Below, one piece after another: positions 11,216 through 22,290 of a DNA stretch of 64,000 nt. The position numbers and the translations under genes are program-made. The notes below the pieces were generated by a model. It made no database searches, was not told the origin of the DNA, and saw only the letters and a program-made list of their open reading frames with translations. Where the stretch lies: the NCBI RefSeq assembly GCF_030144855.1, contig NC_082710.1, positions 153,326,001 through 153,390,000 of the forward strand, given 5' to 3'. Numbering within the stretch: the stretch's first letter is position 1; every line of letters begins with the position of its first letter. This DNA is from Hypanus sabinus (taxonomy: Eukaryota).

Positions 11216-11589
11216 TGTTATAATTTGTGTGACCCACACTCACACCCGACTCCATATAATTTCCCCACTGCCCAATATCCACACTGAACCCCAACAATTA
11301 TCCATTGCCCCACGCCACTCATTTAACTTTGAAAATAAGGAGCTGAGGAGAGAAGGAGCTTGGAGAGAAAAATCACGGGAATAGGCTCTTCGGCCCACCC
11401 AGTCCACACCAACCACTAAGCACCCATTTACGTTCATACTAAATTCATCTGTATTTTTATTTTCCCCCTATTGTCAGCAGCTCCCCTCTTTCTGTCATTC
11501 ACCTACACAGTTGGAGCAATTTGCAGAATGTGTGCGATACGATTGTGCATTGTACTATAGTTTATTTGCCACAGCTTCGCTTCAATAAT

Positions 11590-12420
11590 ATAATTCCAAG
11601 CAAACCCATCACCAAACTCTGGACCCTGGGAATCAATGCTTCACTGGGTCCTTGACCTGCTGACCAACAGACCACAACCTGTAAATTTAGGGGGCAATAC
11701 ATCTGTCATGATTACTCTGAACAATGGTGCTCCACAAGGTTATGTCCTCAGTCCCCTACTCTGCCCCTCGTACACTCATGACCATGTGGCCGGACTCTGC
11801 TCTACAGGTTTGCAGATGATAGAACATTAGTGGGTCAATAACGATGAGTCAAAGTACAGGAAAGAGATAGGAGTTTAGCAACATGGTGTCATGACAACAT
11901 CAATACCAGCAAAACAAAATAGCTGGCTATTAATTTCAGGAAGGGGGTGAGGTGGTGCACATGCTCCTGTCTACATCAACAGTGCTGGGGTTGAGAGGTT
12001 TAAGAGTTTCAAGTTCCAGGGGTGAATGTCACCTATAGCCAGTCTTGGACAATGACATTGTTATCACAGCCATGAAACCTCGTCAGTGCCTCAGGAAGCT
12101 AAAAGAAATTTGGCACGTCCCTGTCGACCTGACCAATTTTATTGATGCACCATAGAAAGTATCCTATCTGGATGTATGGCAGCTAGGTATGGCAATTGCT
12201 TTGCACACAACTAGAAAAGAACCACAAAGATTTGCAGATACAGCTCAGCACATGATGGAAACCAGCCCCACCTCTATAGACTCTGACTATAATTCTTTCT
12301 GCCTCACTAAAGCAGTCGCCATAACCAAAGACCATATCCACCCTGGATCCCACTCTGCCTTCAGACAGAAGATACAAAAGAATGAAAGCATGTACCACCC
12401 GGCTTAAGTTCAACTGCTAC
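11590..12420 (+). mobile_element. Rex1/Babar-type LINE RT fragment (degenerate)
   Basis: ORF 11636..11830 (WVLDLLTNRPQ...GAPQGYVLSPLL) is RT domain sequence; downstream HIHPGSHSAF matches the Rex1 C-terminus. Confidence 0.75.
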
Positions 12421-13481
12421 CCACTGTTAAATAACACTCCCACACAATAAGATGGACCTTTGACCTCACAATTCACCCAATTGTAATCTTGCACCTTATT
12501 TACTTGAAGAGTACAATCACTGTAAATGCTTAAGATCCTGCATTGTGCAAAGATTTGAGCTGGACGAACCAAATGCAAAACAAGACTATGCATTTGTATT
12601 TTGGTACAATTGACATAATAAAACAATTCAAATTTCAATTTTTCCATTGTAAATTCCTCCAGCTCTGTAGGAAAGTGGTAGAAGCTGCTGAGCGGAGAGC
12701 TGCTGACAAGGTGGAGAAAATTAAAAATTGGGACTAATGTAGAATTAGCGTAAATGGGTGTTGATGGCCAGTGCAGACTTGATGGTCTGAGGGCCTGTTT
12801 CCGTGCTATCCCTGTCTATGACAACCCTGAAGTCAGGAATCAACCTAGCGATTCTCTGAAATGAACCTTAATCTCCTTCCTTAAAATGAACCAAAACTGT
12901 GCTCTAGATGTGGTATGTGAAACAAGACTTCCCTAATTTTTTGCTTCCTTGTAATAAAGGCCAAAGTCAGTTGACCTCCATGTTCATGTGCTGCACCTGA
13001 TGCTAACTCTATTTATACAAGGACACCCAAATATTTTTGAAATCTCCCACACCATTTAACTTACATTGCTGGGAGATCACTGAAGGCTCCCAGACGGGGA
13101 GAGGGGGAGAAATATCTGCAAGAATACTGAGGTAGTAACAGCAGGGGATCTCAACTATCTTAATATAAACTGTTCACAGCATATACATAACAGTGGTTCA
13201 TAATCACTGGTGGAGTGGGAAGTATGGACAATACAACCCCTTCAGAATGCCTTGCATTGGAAGCCCTTAACTTCAACCACAGTGGTTCAACACTGAGGTG
13301 AGAGAGGTCTGTCCAGGAGCTCAATGGGTTCCAAATCTAGCAGCATGGGAATCTATTTAGCAAGTGCTGCTAAATAGATTTATCCTTGTAGTCCTACCAC
13401 CATTCAAGCACTCCAAACACTTTTCTTCCCAAAACTCTTCCACCACTGTCCCATTCACATTTGTGTCACTGCAATTGTGTC

Positions 13482-13680
13482 GCTGTTGGTCACAGGATAC
13501 ATCTTGTGAAGGTGTAATTACACCGGAAAGGGTGCAGGAGAGATTTATCAGGGTGTGGTAGGGGACAGAGCTTTATGGATAGGCTGGATTTGTTTTCCTT
13601 GGAGTAGAGAAGCTTGAGATGTACAAACCTATCAGGGGCATTGATTGGATAGATAGTGCACAGATGAAGAGCTGTGTGCA
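13482..13680 (+). repeat. 199-bp direct repeat, copy 1 (old CR1 fragment)
   Basis: 190/199 identical to 20791-20989 by manual alignment, with no indels. Confidence 0.9.
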
Positions 13681-13950
13681 CTACTCATTAGAATTTAGAA
13701 GATTGAGGGGGGATCTTATTGAAACGTATAAAATTCTAAAGGGATTGGACAGGTTAGATGCAGGAAGATTGTTTCCGATGTTGGGGAAGTCCAGTACGAG
13801 GGGTCACAGTTTAAAGATAAAGGGGAAGCCTTTTAGGACCGAGATGAGGAAAAGCTAATTCACACAGAGAGTGGTGAATCTGTGGAATTCTCTGCCACAG
13901 GAAACAGTTGAGGCCAGTTCATTGGCTGTATTTAAGAGGAAGTTAGATAT
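13681..13950 (+). mobile_element. Young CR1 LINE 3' end, left part (split by the Gypsy insertion)
   Basis: YSLEFRRLRGDLIETYKILKGLDRLDAGRLFP...; continues seamlessly at 18169 once the Gypsy element and one ATAT are removed. Confidence 0.9.
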
Positions 13951-14164
13951 TGTGGCGGCTCTTTTCCTAGCGTATGCGAACCGACTCACAATTAGATAGC
14001 CTACGGGGGTTTGCGAGCACAGAGCTTTGGAGCCTCTTCGCCATGGGGGGCCGGTTGACAGAGGCTTAAAAGTGAGGCTGAAGTTTTCGAATAAAGTTTT
14101 TCCTTCGACTGCAGTTACCGACTCCGTGTCGTAATTTTAGCGCTGTTTGTAGCACACCGCTACA
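13951..14164 (+). repeat. 5' LTR
   Basis: TGTGGCGG...CCGCTACA (7/8 terminal inverted repeat), AATAAA at 14090-14095, identical to 17951-18164. Confidence 0.97.
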
Positions 14165-14166
14165 AT

Positions 14167-14180
14167 TGGTGACCCCGACG
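14167..14180 (+). other. Primer-binding site complementary to tRNA-Trp
   Basis: TGGTGACCCCGACG starts 2 nt after the LTR and equals the first 14 nt of the tRNA-Trp PBS known from avian leukosis/sarcoma viruses. Confidence 0.9.
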
Positions 14181-14204
14181 GTCCAAACGATTTTTGGACC
14201 AGAA

Positions 14205-14891
14205 ATGACCGACGCCGCCTCTGTTCATGCGGTTTCGTTGAAACTGCCGGGTTTCTGGACACAGCGCCCGGACCTATGGTTCCAGCAAGCCGAAGCCCAA
14301 TTCCACGTTCGCCGGATCACCTCAGAAGACACCCGCTACTACTACGTGGTGGGCTCCCTCGACCAGGACACAGCTGCCCAGGTCGCGGAGTTCGTACAGT
14401 CGCCCCCGGCAGACGGCAAGTACACGGAATTCAAAGCCCTGCTCCTCAGGACTTTCGGACTCTCACGGCGTGAGCGGGCTGCCCGTTTACTGCACCTGGA
14501 CAGCTTGGGCGACAGACCTCCATCGGCTTTAATGAACGAGATGTTGTCTCTGGCCGAGGGACACACAGGCCTCATGTTTGAGCAGGCATTCCTGGAGCAG
14601 CTGCCCGAGGACATACGCCTGCTGCTGTCCGACGCGGATTTCAGTGACCCCCGGAAGGTGGCAGCCCGGGCGGACTTGCTGTGGAACGCCAAAAAGGTGA
14701 GCGGGGCGCCCATCGCACGGATCTCCCAGCCCCACTCCCGGCAGCAAACCAGTCCAGGCCCGGCCGCAGAGCCCACTAACCCCCGGCCCAATGACCACTG
14801 GTGCTTCTACCACCAGCGGTGGGGCGCAGAAGCCCGCCGTTGCCGCCCGCCCTGCAAGTTCCCGGGAAACGCCAGGGCCAGCCGCCGCTGA
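14205..14891 (+). CDS. gag: Gag protein (228 aa) with CHCC zinc knuckle
   Basis: First ATG at 14205. N-terminus [25 protein letters not shown]; C-terminus [18 protein letters not shown] = Cx2Hx9Cx3C. Confidence 0.93.
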   Translation: MTDAASVHAVSLKLPGFWTQRPDLWFQQAEAQFHVRRITSEDTRYYYVVGSLDQDTAAQVAEFVQSPPADGKYTEFKALLLRTFGLSRRERAARLLHLDSLGDRPPSALMNEMLSLAEGHTGLMFEQAFLEQLPEDIRLLLSDADFSDPRKVAARADLLWNAKKVSGAPIARISQPHSRQQTSPGPAAEPTNPRPNDHWCFYHQRWGAEARRCRPPCKFPGNARASRR

Positions 14892-14921
14892 TGGCTACGG
14901 CGGCTGGCCATCGGGATAGCC
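14864..14921 (+). promoter_or_regulatory. -1 programmed ribosomal frameshift signal (slippery heptamer, stem-loop, predicted pseudoknot)
   Basis: G GGA AAC is in gag phase at 14864-14870. After a 5-nt spacer comes the 12-bp stem GGCCAGCCGCCG/CGGCGGCTGGCC; loop GGCTA can pair with TAGCC at 14917-14921. pol is in the -1 frame. Confidence 0.8.
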
Positions 14922-17900
14922 TCCTGTATGTGTGGGATAGCAGGTCGGGACGCCGCTTTTTGGTCGATACTGGGGCTGAGGTCAGCGTTTTACCTCCGAC
15001 AAGTTACGACACTCGCAGCAGGGCACCGGGTCCCCCCCTGAGGGCCGTGAATGGCAGCACAGTAAGGACCTATGGCACCCGTCAGGTGCAGCTACAGTTC
15101 GGCCCCAGCCAGTTCACGTGGGACTTCACACTGGCCGCCGTAGCCCAACCGCTTCTGGGTGCGGATTTTTTGCGAGCTCACAGCCTGCTGGTTGACCTGC
15201 CCAGGAAGAGACTGGTACACGCCGAGACCTTTCAGACGTTCTCCCTGGGCGCGGCCCAGTTGCCAGCCCCTCACCTCGGCTCCATCACGCTGTCCGACAA
15301 CGACTTCACCAGGGTCCTGGCGGAGTTCCCATCGGTTCTGGCACCGCAGTTCACAGCAGCCATGCCCAGGCACGGCGTACAGCACCACATCCCGACACAG
15401 GGACCACCCCTCCATGCCCGTGCTCGGCGGCTTCCCCCGGACAAGCTCCGACTGGCGAAGGAGGAGTTCCAGAGAATGGAGGAATTGGGGATCATCCGGC
15501 GGTCCGACAGCCCCTGGGCTTCCCCCCTGCACATGGTGCCCAAAGCGACGGGGGGCTGGAGACCGTGCGGCGACTACCGCAGGCTGAACGAGGCTACCAC
15601 ACCGGACCGCTACCCTGTGCCGCACATTCAGGACTTTGCGGCAAACCTGCACGGCGCCCGGATCTTCTCCAAGGTCGACCTTGTCCGAGGGTACCATCAA
15701 ATCCCGATGCATCCTGACGACGTCCCCAAGACGGCTCTCATCACCCCGTTTGGCCTCTTCGAGTTCCTCCGCATGCCGTTCGGCCTGAAGAATGCCGCAC
15801 AGACGTTCCAGCGGTTAATGGACGCGGTGGGACGGGACCTGGACTTCGCGTTCATCTATTTGGATGACATCCTCATAGCCAGCAGCAGTCGTCAGGAGCA
15901 TCTGTCCCACCTCCATCAACTCTGCGCCCGACTGAGTGAGTACGGTCTTACAATCAACCCTGCCAAATGCCAGTTCGGACTTGATACCATTGACTTCCTG
16001 GGCCACAGGATTACTAAAGACGGGGCAACCCCTCTGCCCGCTAAGGTAGATGCGGTCCGCCACTTCCCCCGACCCACCACGGTCAAAGGCCTTCAGGAAT
16101 TCGTAGGTATGGTCAATTTCTACCGCCGCTTCCTCCCTTCAGCTGCCCGGATCATGCGCCCCCTGTTCGCCCTGATGTCGGGTCCGAGCAAGGACATTAC
16201 CTGGGACGAGGAGTCCGCCGCCGCTTTCGTTCAAACGAAGGAAGCTTTGGCTGACGCCGCAATGCTAGTACATCCCAGAATGGACACCCCTACCGCCCTC
16301 ACAGTGGACGCATCAAACACGGCAGTCGGTGGGGTGCTGGAGCAGCTCATCGCAGGTCGCTGGCAACCCCTGGCGTTTTTCAGCAAACACCTGCGGCCAC
16401 CCGAGCTCAAGTACAGTGCTTTTGACCGGGAACTGTTGGCGCTCTACCTGGCAATCCGGCATTTCAGGTACTTCCTAGAAGGTCGGCCCTTCACCGCGTT
16501 CACGGACCACAAACCGCTTACCTTTGCGTTTACGAAGGCATCCGACCCCTGGTCATCCCGCCAGCAACGCCACCTGTCCTACATCTCTGAATACACAACG
16601 GATGTCCGGCACGTCTCGGGTAAGGACAATGTCGTGGCGGATGCGCTCTCTCGCCCTACCGTTCATGCCCTTTCCCAAGGGGTAGACTTTGAGGCACTGG
16701 CGGAGGCACAGCAGGTAGATGAGGAGATTCCGAGTTACAGGACTGCAGTCTCTGGTTTGCAGCTCCAGGACTTCCCCGTGGGCCCAGGTGAGAGGACCCT
16801 ACTCTGTGACGTCGCCACCAACCAGCCCCGTCCGGTCGTCCCCGCAGCCTGGCGGCGACGTGTTTTCGACTCCATTCATAACTTGGCGCATCCCTCCATC
16901 CGGACAACTGTCCGGATGGTTTCCAGCAGGTTCGTTTGGCACGGACTCCGCAAACAGGTCAGTGAATGGGCCAGGACGTGCATGCACTGCCAGACGGCCA
17001 AGGTTCAGCGGCACACCAAAGCCCCACCGCAGCAGTTCCATCCCGCCCACCGGCGTTTCGACCACATTCATGTGGATATCGTGGGCCCCCTGCCAGTGTC
17101 GCGCGGAGCGCGTTACCTCCTGACTATCGTGGACCGGTTCACAAGATGGCCAGAGGCGGTCCCGCTCACCGACACCACCTCCGAATCTTGCGCCCGAGCC
17201 CTGATTGCCACCTGGATATCCCGCTTTGGTGTACCAGCCCACATTACCTCCGACAGAGGCGCCCAGTTCACCTCCAGCCTGTGGTCAGCTATGGCCAGCC
17301 TTTTGGGGACTCAGCTGCACCACACCACTGCCTACCACCCACAGTCGAACGGGCTAGTGGAGCGTTTCCACCGTCACCTGAAGTCGGCCCTCATGGCCCG
17401 CCTGCGAGGAGCCAACTGGGCAGACGAGCTTCCCTGGGTCCTTCTCGGCATCCGCACAGCGCCCAAGGACGACCTGCACGCCTCGTCGGCCGAGTTGGTA
17501 TACGGCGCGCCCCTGGCCGTCCCCGGGGAGTTCCTACCAGCCCCGAGGGGGCAAGAGGAAGAACCCGCTGCAGTCCTGGGCAGACTTCGCGAGAAGCTCG
17601 GTAACCTGGCCCCCATACCCACTTCACAGCATGGGCGGCACCCGACCTGCGTACCCAAAGACCTACGGAACTGTAAGTTTGTGTTTGTACGAAGGGGCGG
17701 GCATCGGCCACCGCTGCAGCGGCCATACGAGGGGCCGTTTACGGTGCTCCGGAACAACGGGTCCACGTTCGTGCTGGACGTTGGGGGGAAGGAGGAGGTT
17801 TTCACGGTGGACCGCCTCAAGCCGGCCCATGTGGACCTGGCGCAACCGGCCGAGTTTCCGGCGCCTCGGCGCAGAGGCCGACCTCCCAAGCAGGTTCTGG

Positions 17901-17995
17901 CCCTGGCTGTGGACATTGGGGGGTGTATCGCCGGTTCTGGGGGGGGGTTATGTGGCGGCTCTTTTCCTAGCGTATGCGAACCGACTCACAATTAG
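14891..17995 (+). CDS. pol: Pol polyprotein: aspartic protease, RT, RNase H, integrase (1034 aa from ATG 14891; 1263-aa Gag-Pol if frameshifted)
   Basis: LVDTGA protease, YLDD RT, VDAS RNase H, HHCC (HNLAH...CMHC), DDE ([20 protein letters not shown]), GPF motif. The frame is open through the PPT and stops inside the 3' LTR. Confidence 0.96.
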   Translation: MATAAGHRDSLLYVWDSRSGRRFLVDTGAEVSVLPPTSYDTRSRAPGPPLRAVNGSTVRTYGTRQVQLQFGPSQFTWDFTLAAVAQPLLGADFLRAHSLLVDLPRKRLVHAETFQTFSLGAAQLPAPHLGSITLSDNDFTRVLAEFPSVLAPQFTAAMPRHGVQHHIPTQGPPLHARARRLPPDKLRLAKEEFQRMEELGIIRRSDSPWASPLHMVPKATGGWRPCGDYRRLNEATTPDRYPVPHIQDFAANLHGARIFSKVDLVRGYHQIPMHPDDVPKTALITPFGLFEFLRMPFGLKNAAQTFQRLMDAVGRDLDFAFIYLDDILIASSSRQEHLSHLHQLCARLSEYGLTINPAKCQFGLDTIDFLGHRITKDGATPLPAKVDAVRHFPRPTTVKGLQEFVGMVNFYRRFLPSAARIMRPLFALMSGPSKDITWDEESAAAFVQTKEALADAAMLVHPRMDTPTALTVDASNTAVGGVLEQLIAGRWQPLAFFSKHLRPPELKYSAFDRELLALYLAIRHFRYFLEGRPFTAFTDHKPLTFAFTKASDPWSSRQQRHLSYISEYTTDVRHVSGKDNVVADALSRPTVHALSQGVDFEALAEAQQVDEEIPSYRTAVSGLQLQDFPVGPGERTLLCDVATNQPRPVVPAAWRRRVFDSIHNLAHPSIRTTVRMVSSRFVWHGLRKQVSEWARTCMHCQTAKVQRHTKAPPQQFHPAHRRFDHIHVDIVGPLPVSRGARYLLTIVDRFTRWPEAVPLTDTTSESCARALIATWISRFGVPAHITSDRGAQFTSSLWSAMASLLGTQLHHTTAYHPQSNGLVERFHRHLKSALMARLRGANWADELPWVLLGIRTAPKDDLHASSAELVYGAPLAVPGEFLPAPRGQEEEPAAVLGRLREKLGNLAPIPTSQHGRHPTCVPKDLRNCKFVFVRRGGHRPPLQRPYEGPFTVLRNNGSTFVLDVGGKEEVFTVDRLKPAHVDLAQPAEFPAPRRRGRPPKQVLALAVDIGGCIAGSGGGLCGGSFPSVCEPTHN
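17939..17947 (+). other. Polypurine tract
   Basis: G9 followed by TTA immediately before the 3' LTR. Confidence 0.85.
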
Positions 17996-18164
17996 ATAGC
18001 CTACGGGGGTTTGCGAGCACAGAGCTTTGGAGCCTCTTCGCCATGGGGGGCCGGTTGACAGAGGCTTAAAAGTGAGGCTGAAGTTTTCGAATAAAGTTTT
18101 TCCTTCGACTGCAGTTACCGACTCCGTGTCGTAATTTTAGCGCTGTTTGTAGCACACCGCTACA
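17951..18164 (+). repeat. 3' LTR
   Basis: Base-for-base identical to the 5' LTR by inspection; followed by the ATAT TSD. Confidence 0.97.
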
Positions 18165-18168
18165 ATAT

Positions 18169-18319
18169 GGCCCTTATGGCTAAAGGGATCAGGGGGTATG
18201 GAGAGAAAGCAGGTACAAGGTTCTGAGTTGGATGATCAGCCATGATCATACTAAATGGCGGTGCAGGCTCGAAGGGCCAAATGGTCTACTCCTGCACCTA
18301 TTTTCTATGTTTCTATGTT
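18169..18319 (+). mobile_element. Young CR1 LINE 3' UTR, right part
   Basis: Ends in the (TTTCTATG)n tail typical of these CR1 copies. Confidence 0.9.
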
Positions 18320-18324
18320 AACCG

Positions 18325-20700
18325 CACCTGGTACTATGAGCATTTTAATTCTCACACTTTCCAATATATTAGGCATTAAATTTTCATAAGGGTAATAAAA
18401 AATTATCTGAACTTGACTATTCTTTCCCCAAATTTCAACCACAATTGACCCATAAACATATCTTCTTTCCATCAGTCTATTAGCTATCCCATTTTCGATA
18501 AAGGTAGCCACTCTTTCTCCATTATCCATTTTCCAATCACCTCTTACAAGGGGTGATTGATAAGTTTGGGGCCTAAGGTAGGAGGAGTCAAATTTAGAAA
18601 GCCCAGCACATTTATTTTTCCTACATTTACACATTTAGTCCAGTAGTCGTGGTCTTGGACCTCCAGAACTGGTCCACAGCATGAGGTGTTTGATAAGTTT
18701 GTGGCCTAAGGTAGAAGGAGTTGAGTTATTAACTTCAAACTTTCTGAATTTTCACTCACAGTGTTGAACTGCACGTGCATGTAATGAGAGCTGTATAACT
18801 CATCGCCTGCCGTAGGCCACGAACTTATCAATCACCCCTGCTGTGGACCACCTGGAGGTCCAAGATTCTCTCGTTACATGCATGTGCAGTTTGACTCTTT
18901 GAGTGATAAAGCAGAAAATTTGAAGTTGATAACTCATCTCCTTCTACCTTAGGCCACAAACTTATCAATCACCCCTGCTGTGGACCACTTCTCCAAAGAA
19001 GGGATCCGTATGCTCCACGACCATTGGACTAAGTGTGTACATGTAGGAGGGGACTATGTTGAAAAATAAATGTACTAGGTTATATAAAAATTGACCCCTT
19101 CTACCTTAAGCCACGAACTTAACAATCACCCCTCGTATATCAACGTAACTTTATATCTTAAAACATAGACAAGATTTTAACCGGGTTTCCTGTACACAAA
19201 TGATATGTTTTATTTGGTAAATCTTCAATAAATGTCTTAAATTCTTGTCCATTAGATAATGGGCCTCTGGTATGACAGTAGTATTAGAAAACTATTAACA
19301 ACCTTCCTTTGAAGTCTGAACATTATTTACTCCTCCTGTAAGGCATCATTAATAACTTATAGAGTTACAGTAAGTGTTTTATTTCTGTATGTTATTCTGC
19401 AGCTTTTAATATAATTTTATTTTTTTTCTGTCCTATTTTTAGTTTGTCCTATACAATTTACCATAAAAGTGACAAATTCTAGTTTATAAATTAATCCTTT
19501 GTTATAAAATTATGCACTTTACACACTGTACCTAAACTATCTCAATATTAATAGGTCCCTTTGACTCTGCCTTCTGTACTTCCTGCAGAGTCTCTGCATA
19601 TGATATGCCCACTTTCGCCTGAACATGTTGCACTTCCACAGCTTTCTGATATACAGGACACCCCACATAAGCTGAGTTAAATTCTCTTCCACAGTTGCCG
19701 CATATTAGCCAAAACCTTCTGCATAATTGCCATAATCATGTTCTTCACCACCTCTAGCACACCGCCTTTTATGCTTACACACAGCTGCTACATAACCAAA
19801 CTTCTGGTCTTGAAAATATTTCAAAGGGGGCAGCACATGGACATGAACCATATAACTCATATAACCTAAATATAACCAAAAATTCCCTGCAACTTTTTTC
19901 CCATCATAGTCAATCAACACCAATAAGATATCTGTTCATACTCTATTATGAAACCCTTTCAAACATCTAACCCCAAAGCTTTCTCATATTGCTTACTATC
20001 TTTACAAAATACTAAGAGTGTCCCATCTTTTAAAAGTTTTGTATACACATTATCTTCTACTGCTTTTTTTTCAAATCCTTATGCAGCCTATTTGGATTGA
20101 TGCTAGAAACAGATCCATATTCAAAACTTAACAAAACCTTTAAACCTTCCTTCTTTATTTTATTTAGGTAATGACTGCTGCTTTCATAATGAGATGGTAA
20201 GCACTACAATCCTCAACAAGCTGTTTATTTTTCCGTTTCTCAGAAACCTTGCCATTTGCCTTCCTCCATGCAACTCCTATCATTCAATATCACCTCCCGT
20301 TCACTACCTCCATCTCCTCCAGCATTTCCTCCCATCTCTACCACCAACCCCAACCCCCACCACCACTTACTCCGTGACAGCTAATCCCAACACTAGGTTC
20401 AGCCATTTGCTCCAACCCCAATCAGGGCTCCAGAATGAGTGCTCCCCAATCGAGTCACCCACTGCCCTTTATCCCCCAAGCCTCAACAATTTTAATCTTG
20501 CTTAATGTTTTAAATGTCACAGAATGATGGAGCCGAGCACAAGTTCATCCTGTTATCTGGCTTCTACGCAGCATCCTCATCCAGCGGATTGCTGCCCCGG
20601 ATGTAGAGGCACTCTCTAGGGTCTAATTCATGGAACCCCCAGAGATTACAAAAGCACCGGTTCATTTAGTCAGTTCGAAAGTACATCCATTAAAGGGAAA
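18325..20700 (-). mobile_element. Degenerate I/Nimb-clade LINE 5' half (ORF1 zinc knuckles and ORF2 AP endonuclease), interrupted by a mariner MITE
   Basis: ORF 19705..19923 YLGYMSYMVHVHVLPPLKYFQDQKFGYVAAVCKHKRRCAR is a decayed CCHC ORF1. Endonuclease remnants: SNGQEFK, IICVQETRLK, and SYVDIRGDWKMDNGERVATFI (restored across the MITE). Confidence 0.7.
18547..19135 (+). mobile_element. Mariner-derived MITE with internal inverted TIR copies
   Basis: TA TSD at 18545-46 and 19136-37. TIR CAAGGGGTGATTGATAAGTT.../...AACTTAACAATCACCCCTCG. A transposase C-terminal remnant (WTKCVHVGGDYVEK) lies near the right end. Confidence 0.88.
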
Positions 20701-20790
20701 TTGCAGGCTGCGGACTGCAGCAATAGCATTTCAGAAGAAATATATCTACTGGGGTATCTAGGCAGTTTTGTGAGCTGCCTGCAAAACAAT

Positions 20791-20989
20791 GCTGTTGGTC
20801 ACAGGATATATCTTGTGAAGGTGTAATTACAGCGGAAAGGGTGCAGGAGAGATTTATCAGGGTGTGGTCGGGGACAGAGCTTTATGGATAGGCTGGGTTT
20901 ATTTTCCTTGGAGTAGAGAAGCTTGAGATGTACAAACCTATCAGGGGCATTGGTTGGATAGATAATGCACAGATGAAGAACGGTGTGCA
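20791..20989 (+). repeat. 199-bp direct repeat, copy 2
   Basis: Matches 13482-13680 with 9 substitutions. Confidence 0.9.
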
Positions 20990-21799
20990 GTTCTGACCTC
21001 CCGACTACAGTAGTCAAGAGGATATTTACAGAGATTGGCATGTCTGGATAGGAGAGACTAACTAGGCTGGGGCTGTTTGATACACTACGCAGAGTTATAG
21101 CTTAATTTGATAGAGTCCTGAAGCCCAGACACATTTAAGAGAGGTGGCCCTTGCTGGAGGTTGAGAACAGGGACACATGCATTTTATGTTGGTTTTGATT
21201 TCCCTTGTCAGCCACGGTTGGTCATTTTGCCTTAGTATACTTCCTCTTGGTATATATCTATCCTGGCCCTTCTGAATTACTCCCAGAAACTCCAGATATT
21301 CCTTGACTTGCTTGCCAGCTCCTGTCTCAGCCCACCCACTCCCATCTTTATACTGGTTATCTTTTGGCCCTGATGTATGTTCTTGGCCCAAATCAATGTC
21401 CACCTCTTTTCCTCCACTCATGCTGCCTGACATGCTGAGTTCCTCCAGTAGCTTGTTCATTCCGGAATCTGCAGTCTCTTGTGTCTTTAGGGTTTATGGG
21501 TACTTAGAACAAAATGCTTCCTGATGACCCAGGTATGTACAAGTTAGCTTCACCACAGGCAAATAAATGTCATGCTCTTGTTGTCAAGGTCAAGGTTGCC
21601 TTCACACTCACACCTTCAGAATCATTCTGGGCCATAACTGCTACTGGATGCCACAGTCACTGGGTTGACGGATTAGGCAGCACAATGACATAGCTAGTGG
21701 AAACTTGCCTTATAGCACTAGAGACCCAGGTTCAATCCTGCTGTCAGGCACTATCTGTGTGTAGTTTGTACTGTGACTATATGGGTAAATTGATAATAG

Positions 21800-22290
21800 A
21801 AACCTAGAAACATAGAAATCTACAGAACATTACAGGCCCTTCGGCCCACAATGTTGTGCTGACCATGCAACCTACTCTAGAAACTGTCTAGAATTTCCTT
21901 ACCACATAGCCCTCTATTTCTCTCAGCTCCATGTATGTATCTCAGAGTCTCTTAAAAGACCCTATTTTGTCTGTCCCTACCACCGTCACTGGCAGTACAT
22001 TCCATGCACCCATCACTCTCTGTGAAAAATTTACCTCTAATATCCCCCTTGTACCTGCTTGCAAGCACCTTAAAATGATGCCCCCTCGTGCCAGCCATTT
22101 CAGCCCTGAGAAAAAGTCTCTGGCTATCCACACGATCAATGCCTCTCATCACCTCTATCAGGTCACATCTCATCCTCCGTTACTCCAACGAGAAAAGGCC
22201 AAGTTCACTCAACATACTCTCATAAGGCATGCTCCCCAATCCAGGCAACATCCTTGTAAATCTCCTCTGTACTCTCTCTATAAGTGTCCC
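21800..22290 (-). mobile_element. CR1 LINE 3' fragment
   Basis: Minus-strand MRCDLIEVMRGIDRVDSQRLF...; 3' tail at ~21800. Confidence 0.85.

Larger units (their letters stand above)
13951..18164 (+). mobile_element. Intact Ty3/Gypsy LTR retrotransposon, CsRn1/Kabuki/Boudicca-type, 4214 bp
   Basis: Identical 214-bp TG..CA LTRs, ATAT TSD (13947-13950 and 18165-18168), tRNA-Trp PBS, G9 PPT, and uninterrupted gag and pol in PR-RT-RH-IN order. Confidence 0.97.

Noticed and set aside
13951-17951. LTR starts exactly 4000 bp apart, suggesting an artificial or assembly duplication
   Set aside because: TSD, PBS, PPT and the cleanly split host CR1 all fit a genuine integration; the round number is coincidence.
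14276-17999. Many overlapping alternative-frame and antisense ORFs within the Gypsy element
   Set aside because: Expected shadow ORFs of GC-rich coding DNA; no domains recognised. None resembles env.
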